Assembly (NCBI GenBank): GCA_964505265.1
Contig: CAZDGN010000004.1
Coordinates: forward strand, 1,515-65,514
Direction of reading: 5' to 3'
DNA: 64,000 bases
From: an uncultured Rickettsia sp.
GTDB taxonomy: Bacteria > Pseudomonadota > Alphaproteobacteria > Rickettsiales > UBA1997
Positions 27,067 to 36,070 of this stretch are shown piece after piece. The notes beneath the pieces are model-generated. The model was not told the DNA's origin and did no database searches. It saw only the letters and a program-made list of their open reading frames with translations. The position numbers and the translations under genes were made by a program. Each line of letters opens with the position of its first letter. Position 1 is the stretch's first letter.

Positions 27067-27418
27067 TACGGTTCACTTTTTTTATCACCATCAGCCTTAT
27101 ATTCAATCGAACATGCAAAAATTTCGCCGTCGGTTTTTTTTAAAATAAAAGCCACATCGAATCCTTCATCTTTTAGTTTGGCAATTTCAAATGCCATTTC
27201 AAGATTATTCCACAAACGATAACATGAATTATAATCTAAAAGAACTTTCCTTTTTTTTGGGGTTTGACTTGGAGAAGTTTGGGGCTTAAATCCGCACCAC
27301 CATTAATAGCATCTGAAGGAGAGAATGGAGCGCTTGGGGAGATTTGCTTAGTTGATTTTGAGGTTTCCTGAAATAAAAACCTAAAATCATTATTGTTAAA
27401 TAAAAGCGAAGAGTTCAT
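27067..27418 (-). pseudogene. Frameshifted gene fragment abutting the IS end
   Basis: An ATG at 27418 opens a 60-codon ORF. One extra A in the A8 run (T8 at 27251-27258 on the plus strand) would join it to the open frame ..LDYNSCYRLWNNLEMAFEIAKLKDEGFDVAFILKKTDGEIFACSIEYKADGDKKSEPY, which runs straight into the IS end at 27066. Confidence 0.35.
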
Positions 27419-27618
27419 AATTTATAAAAAAATTAAATTACAAATTTATAAAAAAATAGGCTACAACTTGTTTTTTAATTAATTTTTTAATATTTTCAAC
27501 TAGTTATTAATATTTAAAATAAATTTTAATATATTTGTTCGGATTTTTTTAAAGAAGTGGAGATTTAGAAAAATCATGTTAATTTTATAGTTAAGATTTA
27601 ACCAAAAAAATTAACATA

Positions 27619-29052
27619 ATGACCTTAAAAATTGAAAATCTTTACATAAAATTCAGAAAAACCGATGGCAATTTTCAAGAAATTATTCGGGATTTTTCTT
27701 TAAATTTATCATCACAAAAAATTACTGCATTAGTTGGCAAAAGTGGTTCTGGTAAGTCTCTAATCGCTCTTTCTATTTTAAAATTATTGCCAAAAAATGC
27801 TGAAATTTCTGGAAAAATTTATTTTGATAATCAGGATTTGTTAAAATTAAATGACAAAAATTTACAAAAAATTCGTGGCAAAGAAATTGGTTTTATTTTT
27901 CAAGATCCAAACACTGCATTAAATCCGCTTCACAAAATTGGCAAGCAAATTGGCGAGGCAATTTTGACACATCAGCCAAAAATTTCTAAAAATATATTAA
28001 AATTCAAAATTGAAAATTTAATGAAAGAAGTTGGTCTTAGTTCTTTGATTGATAGGGTCAATCACTATCCTCATCAATTATCGGGCGGGCAAAAACAGCG
28101 GGTAATGATTGCTATTGGGATTGCAAATAATCCACAAATATTGATTGCCGACGAGCCAACTACGGCACTAGATAAAAAAATCCAAGGCGAAATTTTGGAA
28201 TTATTAAAAAAACTTTCAATCGCTCGTAAAATGTCGATTTTATTGATTAGCCACAATAAAGCGGTAGTAGCAAATTTGGCGGATGAGGTGATAATGATTG
28301 GCGATAATTCGGAGCATTTGCATTTGCCAAATCGAATTGATTTTGTGAAAAAAAATACTGATGAAGAAATTTTGGTGGTGAAAAATTTGTCAGTTAAATA
28401 TAAAAATCATGAGGTGCTAAAAGATATCAATTTTACCTTAAAAACAGCCGAGAATATTGGTATTATAGGTGAAAGTGGCTCAGGAAAATCAACATTAGCT
28501 TTGGCTTTACTTAATTTAATACCAAGTGCGGGTGAAATAAATTTTGCTGATAAAAAAAATTGGCAAAAAAATGCAATTGAACTTCGAAAATCTATTCAGA
28601 TTTTATTTCAAGATCCGTTTTCAAGCTTGAATCCGCGGACAAAAATTTTCGACATAATCGCCGAAGGCTTAATTATCAATAGTTCGTTAAATTATTTGCA
28701 AAAAATATTTAATTTAACTTCGCCTAGCTTTAAAGAATATGTAAAAAATCAGGTTGAAGATATTGCCAAAAAATTGCAATTACCTCTTTTTTTGTTAGAA
28801 TTATTTCCGCATCAACTCTCGGGAGGGCAAAGGCAAAGAGTGGCTTTGGGGCGTTCGCTAATTTTGCAACCAAAAATTTTGATTCTTGACGAGCCGACCT
28901 CGGCACTGGATTATCAAACTCAAAATGAAATTTTAAATTTATTAAATAATATTCAAAAAAATCAGGAAATTTCTTATATTATCATTTCTCATGATGATGA
29001 GGTGATTAATAAAATGAGTGATAAGATTATAGAAATAAAAATAAGTAAATAA
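27619..29052 (+). CDS. ABC transporter ATP-binding protein with two fused ATPase domains (YejF/peptide-type)
   Basis: There are two Walker A sites (GKSGSGKS, GESGSGKS), two signature motifs (LSGGQKQR, LSGGQRQR) and two Walker B sites (LIADEPTTALD, LILDEPTSALD). Confidence 0.85.
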   Translation: MTLKIENLYIKFRKTDGNFQEIIRDFSLNLSSQKITALVGKSGSGKSLIALSILKLLPKNAEISGKIYFDNQDLLKLNDKNLQKIRGKEIGFIFQDPNTALNPLHKIGKQIGEAILTHQPKISKNILKFKIENLMKEVGLSSLIDRVNHYPHQLSGGQKQRVMIAIGIANNPQILIADEPTTALDKKIQGEILELLKKLSIARKMSILLISHNKAVVANLADEVIMIGDNSEHLHLPNRIDFVKKNTDEEILVVKNLSVKYKNHEVLKDINFTLKTAENIGIIGESGSGKSTLALALLNLIPSAGEINFADKKNWQKNAIELRKSIQILFQDPFSSLNPRTKIFDIIAEGLIINSSLNYLQKIFNLTSPSFKEYVKNQVEDIAKKLQLPLFLLELFPHQLSGGQRQRVALGRSLILQPKILILDEPTSALDYQTQNEILNLLNNIQKNQEISYIIISHDDEVINKMSDKIIEIKISK

Positions 29053-29137
29053 TAAATTTATAATTAGAAAATAATTATTGATAATTAAATTAAATATTTA
29101 TAATTGATTAATACTACTAACTATTAATCAATAAAAT

Positions 29138-29944
29138 ATGAGTTCTTGTTTTCCCTTATTTTCCAAATTCAAAATCCCAAAGATTTCAACATCATTATCT
29201 GCAATTGGCACTTTTTTTTGTTACAAAAGAGGTGGTTATGAGCAATCGTCAACATCTCCGGAATCTCCAACAAATTCCTCTAATAGCCCTACAAATAACA
29301 GTGATAAAGAAGCTATTAATTCATCGAAATTATCAGGAGCTATTATGCAAAATGGTGGCGAAAGTCATAGCAATTCTTCTAGTTCCCCCTCAATGATTTC
29401 CATTTCTCGAGAATCTTCCGTTTATTATACTTTGTCACGAACTCAATCATCTGAATTTACTCCAGTTGATCCTTCTCCACCCAGAAATGCAAGGGGGGTG
29501 TCTCGAAGTGATGCAAGGGAAGATGCTAAATCTCCACTTCGTTTCACATCAGCTCCAGAATTTAGTTCAAAATTTCATATTGATAATTCAGAAAATAATG
29601 AAGATTTAAAAGGTAATCATTTTATAGAAGATTATCTTGATAGAATAATAAATAATATGAAAATTCGCGATTCAGCTAAGGAAGATAAAGCATCTAAATC
29701 ATTATCTGATCCACAAAATCTTGATCTTCATTCTAAAATTATGCGAGGAAGATATACAGCTGGGAAAAATTATCCATCAATACCATCTGAAGGAGCCCGT
29801 CCAAATTTAAATGCAGGTGAAGGTGTTGGTCTTGGAATGAGACCGAGTTTTACATGGGTTAGGGCTGTAGGAACGGAGGCAGCGTCAGAAGCTACAAGAA
29901 GAGTTAAAGATGCTAAGGAAAATGGAGGGATGATGACTTTTTAA
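29138..29944 (+). CDS. Hypothetical Ser/Pro/Asn-rich protein, probably disordered
   Basis: The ORF is 268 aa and more GC-rich than its surroundings. It contains low-complexity tracts (SSTSPESPTNSSNSPTNNS, HSNSSSSPS) and no recognisable domain. Confidence 0.4.
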   Translation: MSSCFPLFSKFKIPKISTSLSAIGTFFCYKRGGYEQSSTSPESPTNSSNSPTNNSDKEAINSSKLSGAIMQNGGESHSNSSSSPSMISISRESSVYYTLSRTQSSEFTPVDPSPPRNARGVSRSDAREDAKSPLRFTSAPEFSSKFHIDNSENNEDLKGNHFIEDYLDRIINNMKIRDSAKEDKASKSLSDPQNLDLHSKIMRGRYTAGKNYPSIPSEGARPNLNAGEGVGLGMRPSFTWVRAVGTEAASEATRRVKDAKENGGMMTF

Positions 29945-29973
29945 GTTGTAAAATCATTTGGCAGCCAAATTCG

Positions 29974-32088
29974 TTAACCGCTATTAATAATTCTTAAGCA
30001 CTCATCATATTTAAATATTCTTAGGAGAAATTGATATTTTTTATTGATTTCTAATTTTAAATGCGGATCTGACAAAAGAATATTTTTGGCTTGCTGATTG
30101 GCGTAGTTGAAAAAATGATGATGTGAACTTAAATTGGCAACATAAAAATCAGGAAAACCGCTTTGCTTAGTTCCAAGCATTTCACCGCTTCCGCGCATTT
30201 TTAAATCTTCTTCGGCAATAAAAAATCCATCATTTGATTGGCGCAAAATATTTAATCGGGCTTGCGAATTTTTGCCATATTTTTTGCCATAAAGTAAAAT
30301 ACAATAAGATTTTTTGTCGCTTCTACCAACTCTGCCTCGAAGCTGATGGAGCTGAGCTAAACCAAAATGTTCAGCATTTTCAATAACAATAATCGTGGCA
30401 CTTGGCACATCAATACCCACTTCAATTACGGTTGTAGCCACTAAAATTTGTTTGGAATTGGATTGATTACTGGCAAAATCTTGCATAATTTTTTCTTTTT
30501 CACTTTCTTTCATTTTGCCGTGTAAAAGCCCTACTTTATTGGCTTCGAAATAATTTGAAATTTCTTGGTATTTTTGCACAACCGAAGTTAAATCGGCATC
30601 ATTATTTTTGGAATTTTCTTCATTATTTTCGTCGATTGCAGGGCAAATCCAATAGATTTTTTCTTGATTGTTAATGGCTTTTTGCATCGCTTGATAAAGT
30701 TCTGGTGATTTATTTTTTGACATTATAGTTGTTTCAATTTTTTGCCGATTTTTGGGCTTTTCATTGATGATACTTATATCCATATCGCCATATAAACCCA
30801 GCATCAAACTACGAGGAATCGGTGTTGCACTCATCAAAATTAAATCAACATTTTCGCCTTTTTCTACAATTTTCAACCGTTGCAAAACACCGAAGCGGTG
30901 CTGTTCGTCAATGATGGCAATCCCCAAATTTTTAAACCTTACATCATCTTCTAGTACTGCGTGGGTGCTGATTAAAATTGAAATTTCACCATTAATTAAT
31001 TTTTCAAGTAAAAGTTTCTTTTGTTTTTTTGTGGTCGCCGAAGTAAGAATTTCTATGGTTAAATCAAAATCAATCAATAATTTTTTGAAATATTCAAAAT
31101 GTTGTTTGGCAAGCACTGTAGTTGGCACTAACACGCAAGCTTGTTTGCCTTGAGAGATATTTTGCAAAGCTGTAAAAATTGCAATTATAGTTTTTCCACT
31201 GCCAACATCACCTTGAATTAAGCGGGTGATTTTTTTACTTGAAAAAATTTCTTGGTTAATTTCATTGATTGCCTTTAATTGAGCATTAGTTGGGGTGAAG
31301 GGGAGGGAGTTAATAAATTTGTCGCCTAGAAATTGTTGATTTGGATAGAATTTTTTTAAGCCTTTTTGGCGATTTTTTGCCATAATCATCGCCAATTGTG
31401 ATGCTAAAATTTCATCAAAGGCGAGGCGTTGAATGGCTGGGTTTTCTGGATTGAGATCGTTTTGATTTTGTGGATTATGGACAAGTTTTAGAGCTTGATA
31501 AAATGTTGGAAAACCTAAACGCTTAACAAAATCGCTGTCAATCCATTCTTCGCAAGACTTTGGAAGTTGTTTTAAAATTTGTTGAATTTGATAGGCAATA
31601 AATTTATTCGATAATTTTTGACTTAGCGGATAAATCACATTAAATTTGGCAATATCATTGATTTTATTAATCTCTAAAATATGTTGCGGGTGGTTGATTT
31701 GATTGTCGTTAAGGTGTTTTTGAATTTTGCCAACAACGGCGATTTCTTCACCGATTTTTAATTTTTCTAATTGACTTGGAAAAATTTTGAAAAAAACTAA
31801 AGAAAAAAATCCAGTTGGGTTATAACATATAATTTTAAAAGGTTGCGAAGACCTTGCGGGTGCTTGGTGAGCCTGAACTTTGCCCTTAATTAAAACCAAT
31901 TCCTGATCTTGAACTAAACGCAAATCGGGTTCAAAATTAATTTTTTCCAATCGATACGGAAAATGTAAAAGCAAATCAATAATTTGCTCACCCTCAATTA
32001 ATTTAGATAAATATTCGCCCAAGGATTTACCGACTCCTTTAAGGCTGGTTATTGGGTCAAATAAAAAATAATGCGGGTTTTTGATCAT
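29974..32088 (-). CDS. recG: ATP-dependent DNA helicase RecG
   Basis: It has Walker A (GDVGSGKT), DEQHRFG and QLRGRVGR, plus an N-terminal wedge/OB region. I place the start at MIKNPHYF (32088) because the longer listed ORF overlaps the 3' end of smpB. Confidence 0.9.
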   Translation of the reverse strand: MIKNPHYFLFDPITSLKGVGKSLGEYLSKLIEGEQIIDLLLHFPYRLEKINFEPDLRLVQDQELVLIKGKVQAHQAPARSSQPFKIICYNPTGFFSLVFFKIFPSQLEKLKIGEEIAVVGKIQKHLNDNQINHPQHILEINKINDIAKFNVIYPLSQKLSNKFIAYQIQQILKQLPKSCEEWIDSDFVKRLGFPTFYQALKLVHNPQNQNDLNPENPAIQRLAFDEILASQLAMIMAKNRQKGLKKFYPNQQFLGDKFINSLPFTPTNAQLKAINEINQEIFSSKKITRLIQGDVGSGKTIIAIFTALQNISQGKQACVLVPTTVLAKQHFEYFKKLLIDFDLTIEILTSATTKKQKKLLLEKLINGEISILISTHAVLEDDVRFKNLGIAIIDEQHRFGVLQRLKIVEKGENVDLILMSATPIPRSLMLGLYGDMDISIINEKPKNRQKIETTIMSKNKSPELYQAMQKAINNQEKIYWICPAIDENNEENSKNNDADLTSVVQKYQEISNYFEANKVGLLHGKMKESEKEKIMQDFASNQSNSKQILVATTVIEVGIDVPSATIIVIENAEHFGLAQLHQLRGRVGRSDKKSYCILLYGKKYGKNSQARLNILRQSNDGFFIAEEDLKMRGSGEMLGTKQSGFPDFYVANLSSHHHFFNYANQQAKNILLSDPHLKLEINKKYQFLLRIFKYDECLRIINSG

Positions 32089-32089
32089 T

Positions 32090-32527
32090 TTAATAATCGT
32101 CTTGTCGTTGTAATCTTCTGGCTTCATCGCGTTTTTTAATAGTTTCGCGTTTGTCGTAAAGTTTTTTGCCCTTGCCGATGCCAATTAAAATTTTGGCGAA
32201 GTTTTTTTTGTTGAAATAAATTTTAATTGGAATAACGCTACAACCATCTTGCTCTATCTTGCCAATAATCTTATTTAGTTGCTTGTGGTGTAAAAGTAAT
32301 TTGCGTTCGCGTTTTGGGAGGTGATTAAAACGATTGGCACCTTTAAATTCAGAGATATTAGCATTGATTAAAAAAAGCTCACGATTTTTTTCGGCAATGT
32401 AAGATTCATTTAGGCTGGCCTTGCCTTCACGTATGGATTTTACCTCGCTTCCAACTAAAATTAGACCCGCTTCAATTTCTTCGGTAATTTGATAATTAAA
32501 ATGTGCTTTTCGATTTAATATTTGCAT
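32090..32527 (-). CDS. smpB: SsrA-binding protein SmpB
   Basis: The blocks NRKAHFNY, EAGLILVGSEVKS and KLLLHHKQ, and the basic C-terminal tail, are classic SmpB features. Confidence 0.9.
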   Translation of the reverse strand: MQILNRKAHFNYQITEEIEAGLILVGSEVKSIREGKASLNESYIAEKNRELFLINANISEFKGANRFNHLPKRERKLLLHHKQLNKIIGKIEQDGCSVIPIKIYFNKKNFAKILIGIGKGKKLYDKRETIKKRDEARRLQRQDDY

Positions 32528-32826
32528 AAATAATATTGTGGTTTGGTATTTATTATATTTTAGTAAATATATTTTTACTTTAAAACCAAATTTATAAAAA
32601 AATAAAAACTTTAACTTGCAATTAAAACTTTTGTTAAGTAAAATTTTACAACTTCAAATTATAGCTTGTGACTAAATTTATATGATTTTCACTGAAATTT
32701 GCTTGTTTAAACTGCTTTTAAAGCCATGATTTATATGGTTTTGGGGTTTAAAAAATCAAATTTGAATTTATCAATTAAATTATTTTCACTTTATTAAATT
32801 TATTTATTTTAAACTAAAAATTACTT

Positions 32827-33234
32827 ATGTCTTTATACGAAACCGTATTTATTGTTAGACAAGATCTTACAGCTGAAGATGTTGATGCACTTACCAATAA
32901 ATTTACTAAAATTATCACTGATGGTAATGGTAAAGTCCAAAAAGAATATTGGGGGCTTCGCACTCTTTCTTATAAAATTAAAAAGAATTCTCGCGGTCAT
33001 TATGTAATGTTGAAAATTACCGCTGATTACCCTGCCGTTGCTGAACTTAAAAGAATTATGAGCTTCAATGAAGATGTGATTAGAAGCACAATTTACAGTG
33101 TAGAATCTCATGACAAAGAATCAGTTTTATTTGTTTCTAGCACTGCCAAAGATTTCAAAGCTGGTAAAGTTTCTGCCAAAAAAGAGCCTTCTAAACTTGA
33201 CTTGGTTATTGAACAATTTCAATTTGATGCTTAA
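32827..33234 (+). CDS. rpsF: 30S ribosomal protein S6
   Basis: It has MSLYETVFIVRQDL and YWGLRTLSYKIKK, and sits in the operon position ahead of rpsR and rplI. Confidence 0.9.
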   Translation: MSLYETVFIVRQDLTAEDVDALTNKFTKIITDGNGKVQKEYWGLRTLSYKIKKNSRGHYVMLKITADYPAVAELKRIMSFNEDVIRSTIYSVESHDKESVLFVSSTAKDFKAGKVSAKKEPSKLDLVIEQFQFDA

Positions 33235-33256
33235 TTAACAACTAAAATTTTATCTT

Positions 33257-33562
33257 ATGATTAACAATATTGTCCCGCAAGTAAATAACGAAAATGAAGA
33301 AAGTTTTGTCAAAGTTTCTTTAGTCAATCAAAGTGTTTTTATTCGCAAAAAAAAGACTTGCCCACTTCGTGATGTTGATATTTCAGAAATTAATTACAAA
33401 AATTTAAAACTTCTTAATAAATTTATTTCTGAAAGAGGCAAAATTATTCCAAGTAGAATTACTAATGTCGAGTTAAAAAAGCAAAAAGCTATCGCTAATG
33501 CAATTAAAAAAGCTCGCTTTCTAGCTTTGCTTTCACCAATAAAAAAAGATTCTAATTACTAA
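33257..33562 (+). CDS. rpsR: 30S ribosomal protein S18
   Basis: It has [25 protein letters not shown] and [10 protein letters not shown]. Confidence 0.85.
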   Translation: MINNIVPQVNNENEESFVKVSLVNQSVFIRKKKTCPLRDVDISEINYKNLKLLNKFISERGKIIPSRITNVELKKQKAIANAIKKARFLALLSPIKKDSNY

Positions 33563-33573
33563 TTTTTAAAACA

Positions 33574-34167
33574 ATGAAACTAATTCTTATAGATAATTTA
33601 CCAAAATTAGGCAAAATCGGCGATGTTGTAACTGTTAAAAATGGTTATGGCAAAAACTTCTTAGTTCCAAATAAAAAGGCAATTTGCTACACTGAGGAGA
33701 ATTATAAATCTTTCGCTGAAAAAAAAGCTGAATTCGAAAAACAAAGTTCAGAAAAATTAGCCATTGCCAATAAGATTAAAGAATTATTAGCTGGCAAAAA
33801 TATCATTATTATCGAAAATGCTTCCGATGACGGCCGTCTTTATGGTTCTGTAAATTCATCGGTTATTGCTAACAAAATTAATGATGTTATCAACGAAAAA
33901 CTAATCGATAAATCAGTGGTTTTCTTATCAAAACCAATCAAAGAAATCGGAATTTATGATTCAAAATTAAATTTACACTCTGATTTAATTCTTGATGTAA
34001 AACTTTTAGTTTCTAGAAGCGAATCTGAAGCTATGGTTCTATTAAATCCAAAAAAGAAATCTAAAAAAGAATCTGATGATCATGAAAATGAATCAACTTC
34101 ACAAGAGGGTGTAGAAGAAGTTGTTGTCAAAGCCAAAAAACCAAGAAAGAAAAAATCTGAAGAATAA
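33574..34167 (+). CDS. rplI: 50S ribosomal protein L9 with a basic/acidic C-terminal extension
   Basis: The N-terminus MKLILIDNLPKLGKIGDVVTVKNGYGKNFLVP is present, and the gene follows rpsR. Confidence 0.85.
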   Translation: MKLILIDNLPKLGKIGDVVTVKNGYGKNFLVPNKKAICYTEENYKSFAEKKAEFEKQSSEKLAIANKIKELLAGKNIIIIENASDDGRLYGSVNSSVIANKINDVINEKLIDKSVVFLSKPIKEIGIYDSKLNLHSDLILDVKLLVSRSESEAMVLLNPKKKSKKESDDHENESTSQEGVEEVVVKAKKPRKKKSEE

Positions 34168-34192
34168 ATTCATATAAAACTTAGATTTAAGA

Positions 34193-34229
34193 AAATCCCT
34201 TTAATTTTATAATTAGAGGGATTTTTTTT
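34193..34229 (+). terminator. Rho-independent terminator after rplI
   Basis: The stem aaatccctttaatt / aattagagggattt has one mismatch and is followed by a run of T, 26 nt after the rplI stop. Confidence 0.6.
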
Positions 34230-34297
34230 ATCTATAATTTTACCAGCATCCTTAGAAATCTCGCTTTTTGGTTGTGTCATAGTAAAATTCTCTTTGG

Positions 34298-34450
34298 CAA
34301 AATTAGCGGTGTCATCACCCCAGCTAGTTGCTCAATTGATAAAATTCCTAGGCTAAGAGAGGGTAAAATTCTTTTTGGCAAAATTAGCGGTGTCATCACC
34401 CTCCCCATCGCGGGAGGGTAAAATTTTCTGCAAAGAAAATTTTGGGAGGG
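34298..34450. repeat. 153-bp repeat block A1 containing palindromic element copy E2 (inverted relative to E1)
   Basis: Block 34298-34450 recurs at 34764-34915, differing by one indel (gcaaag vs gtaag) and a visible substitution (ggtgtc vs ggtgtt). It contains two copies of ggcaaaattagcggtgtcatcacc and the hairpin accctccc-catcgc-gggagggt. Confidence 0.85.
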
Positions 34451-34565
34451 TAATTGACATTTATCAAGGAAAATTTTGATGTTTTATAATTATATTTTTT
34501 ATAAAATTGAGTATTTTAATATATTTATTTTTCAAATTATTTGGGTTTTAATTATATGATTTCAG

Positions 34566-34635
34566 CCCCCTCCCAAAATTTTTTTGGTAAAAAAATTTTA
34601 CCCTCTGAGCGAGGTGGAGGGTGATAAGTACCACC
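34566..34635 (+). repeat. Palindromic element copy E4 (same orientation as E1, more diverged)
   Basis: The sequence ccccctcccaaaatttttttggtaaaaaaattttaccctctgagcgaggtggagggtgataagtaccacc has the same module order as E1. Confidence 0.7.
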
Positions 34636-34763
34636 TTAATTTTTAGTTAAAATTTAAAAAATTAATTTACTTTAAACTTTTTATAACTTTTTAAAAATTA
34701 ATTATTTTTTTAAAACTCGTTGCGATAACTTTACTTTGAAAATAAAATATATAATTTCATTGA

Positions 34764-34915
34764 CAAAATTAGCGGTGTCATCACCCCAGCTAGTTGCTCA
34801 ATTGATAAAATTCCTAGGCTAAGAGAGGGTAAAATTCTTTTTGGCAAAATTAGCGGTGTTATCACCCTCCCCATCGCGGGAGGGTAAAATTTTCTGTAAG
34901 AAAATTTTGGGAGGG
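34764..34915. repeat. Repeat block A2 containing palindromic element copy E3
   Basis: See 34298-34450. The block ends 18 nt from the proB stop codon. Confidence 0.85.
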
Positions 34916-34932
34916 GGGGGTTATAGTTTTTT

Positions 34933-36069
34933 TTACAAAATAAATAAATTATCGATGTGGATAAGTTCTTTTTTGGCTGATGTTCCGAGGATTTTTTTAA
35001 TTTCGTTGGAGTTTTTTTGTAAAATTTGTTTAACTTCTTGACTGTTAAAATTAGCAATGCCACTACCAATATGTTGTCGTTTTTCGTCAAGAATAAAAAT
35101 TGCTTCATTTTTGGCAAAACTACCGACTACATCTATTGCTCCAACTGGCAATAAACTTACTTTTTTGGTTAAAAGTTTTTCTTTGGCAAGTTCGTTAATC
35201 ACTACCGAACCCTTGGCATTAACCAAACCAGCCAGCCAGTTTTTTTTGGACTCACTTATATGTTTTGAGGTTTTTGAAACCTTATCTTGCGGAGTAAAAA
35301 TTGTGAATTTTTGTTTGCCTTTAACTAATTTCTGTAAAACATTTAAATCGGTGCCATTGGTGATAATACAATCGCTTTGCGATGACATTACCATTTTGCT
35401 TGCCATAATTTTGGTGATCATTCCGCCAGTTCCAACTTTAGATGAAGTGCCTTTTGCCATTTTCTCAATATCTTTACTAATTTTATTGACGATGGCTATA
35501 TGTTTGGCGTCTTTATAAATTTTGGGATTTTTATTGTAAAGACCATCAATATCTGAAAGTAATATTACTAAATCTGCTTTTATCATTTGGGCAACTCGCG
35601 CTGAAAGCCGATCATTATCGCCAATTTTAATTTCATCGACGGCAACTGAGTCATTTTCGTTGATAATTGGAATGATATTATTTTTTAAAAGTTCTTCGCA
35701 AGTGTTTTTGCAATTTAAAAAATTCTTACGCAAATTGCAATCATTGGCAGTAAGAAGTATTTGTGCTACTTCATAATTATGCTTATTAAAAATATTTTTA
35801 TAAATTGACATTAATTCGATTTGCCCAACAGAAGCACAAGATTGTTTTTGTGGCAGGGTTAATTTTTTGTCAAGAAGCCTCAATTTTATTCTGCCAAGGG
35901 CAACCGCTCCAGAGGTGACGATAATTATTTTGCAATTATTTGACAAAATTTTACTAATATTTTCTGCCAAGTTTTCAATCCACTTATAGCGGATTTGATT
36001 GTCATCAACTATTAATGATGACCCGATTTTTAAAATAATTTTGTGATACTTTTTATTATTAATTTCCAT
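34933..36069 (-). CDS. proB: Glutamate 5-kinase with a C-terminal PUA domain
   Basis: It has ILKIGSSLIV, VTSGAVALGR and IGDNDRLSARVA. I prefer the ATG at 36069 over the listed TTG at 36084. Confidence 0.85.
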   Translation of the reverse strand: MEINNKKYHKIILKIGSSLIVDDNQIRYKWIENLAENISKILSNNCKIIIVTSGAVALGRIKLRLLDKKLTLPQKQSCASVGQIELMSIYKNIFNKHNYEVAQILLTANDCNLRKNFLNCKNTCEELLKNNIIPIINENDSVAVDEIKIGDNDRLSARVAQMIKADLVILLSDIDGLYNKNPKIYKDAKHIAIVNKISKDIEKMAKGTSSKVGTGGMITKIMASKMVMSSQSDCIITNGTDLNVLQKLVKGKQKFTIFTPQDKVSKTSKHISESKKNWLAGLVNAKGSVVINELAKEKLLTKKVSLLPVGAIDVVGSFAKNEAIFILDEKRQHIGSGIANFNSQEVKQILQKNSNEIKKILGTSAKKELIHIDNLFIL

Positions 36070-36070
36070 A

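Noticed and set aside
20566-27418. Idea that the 27418-27067 fragment and the AAA_5 remnant (21549-20566) are two halves of one gene split by insertion of the whole 21553-27066 block
   Set aside because: Joining the flanks gives ..CCG TAC TAA GCA.., an immediate stop in the wrong frame. Also, the left junction lies inside the transposase gene rather than at an IS terminus, so a simple insertion model does not fit.
32089-32184. N-terminal 32-aa extension of recG in the listed ORF (MASARAKNFTT...)
   Set aside because: It overlaps the 3' end of smpB. The conserved RecG N-terminus begins at MIKNPHYF, and that ATG sits 1 nt after the smpB stop.
32528-32826. The smpB-rpsF intergenic region checked for a tmRNA gene or an rpsF (S6:S18) leader structure
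   Set aside because: Only weak AT-rich hairpins are present (for example ccat-gatttat-atgg). There is no tRNA-like acceptor/T-arm sequence, so nothing can be supported by eye.
34731-35117. Listed ORFs 34731-35117 (minus) and 34841-35041 (plus)
   Set aside because: They lie across the palindromic repeat block and the 3' end of proB. Their composition is repeat-derived, and they conflict with a well-supported gene.
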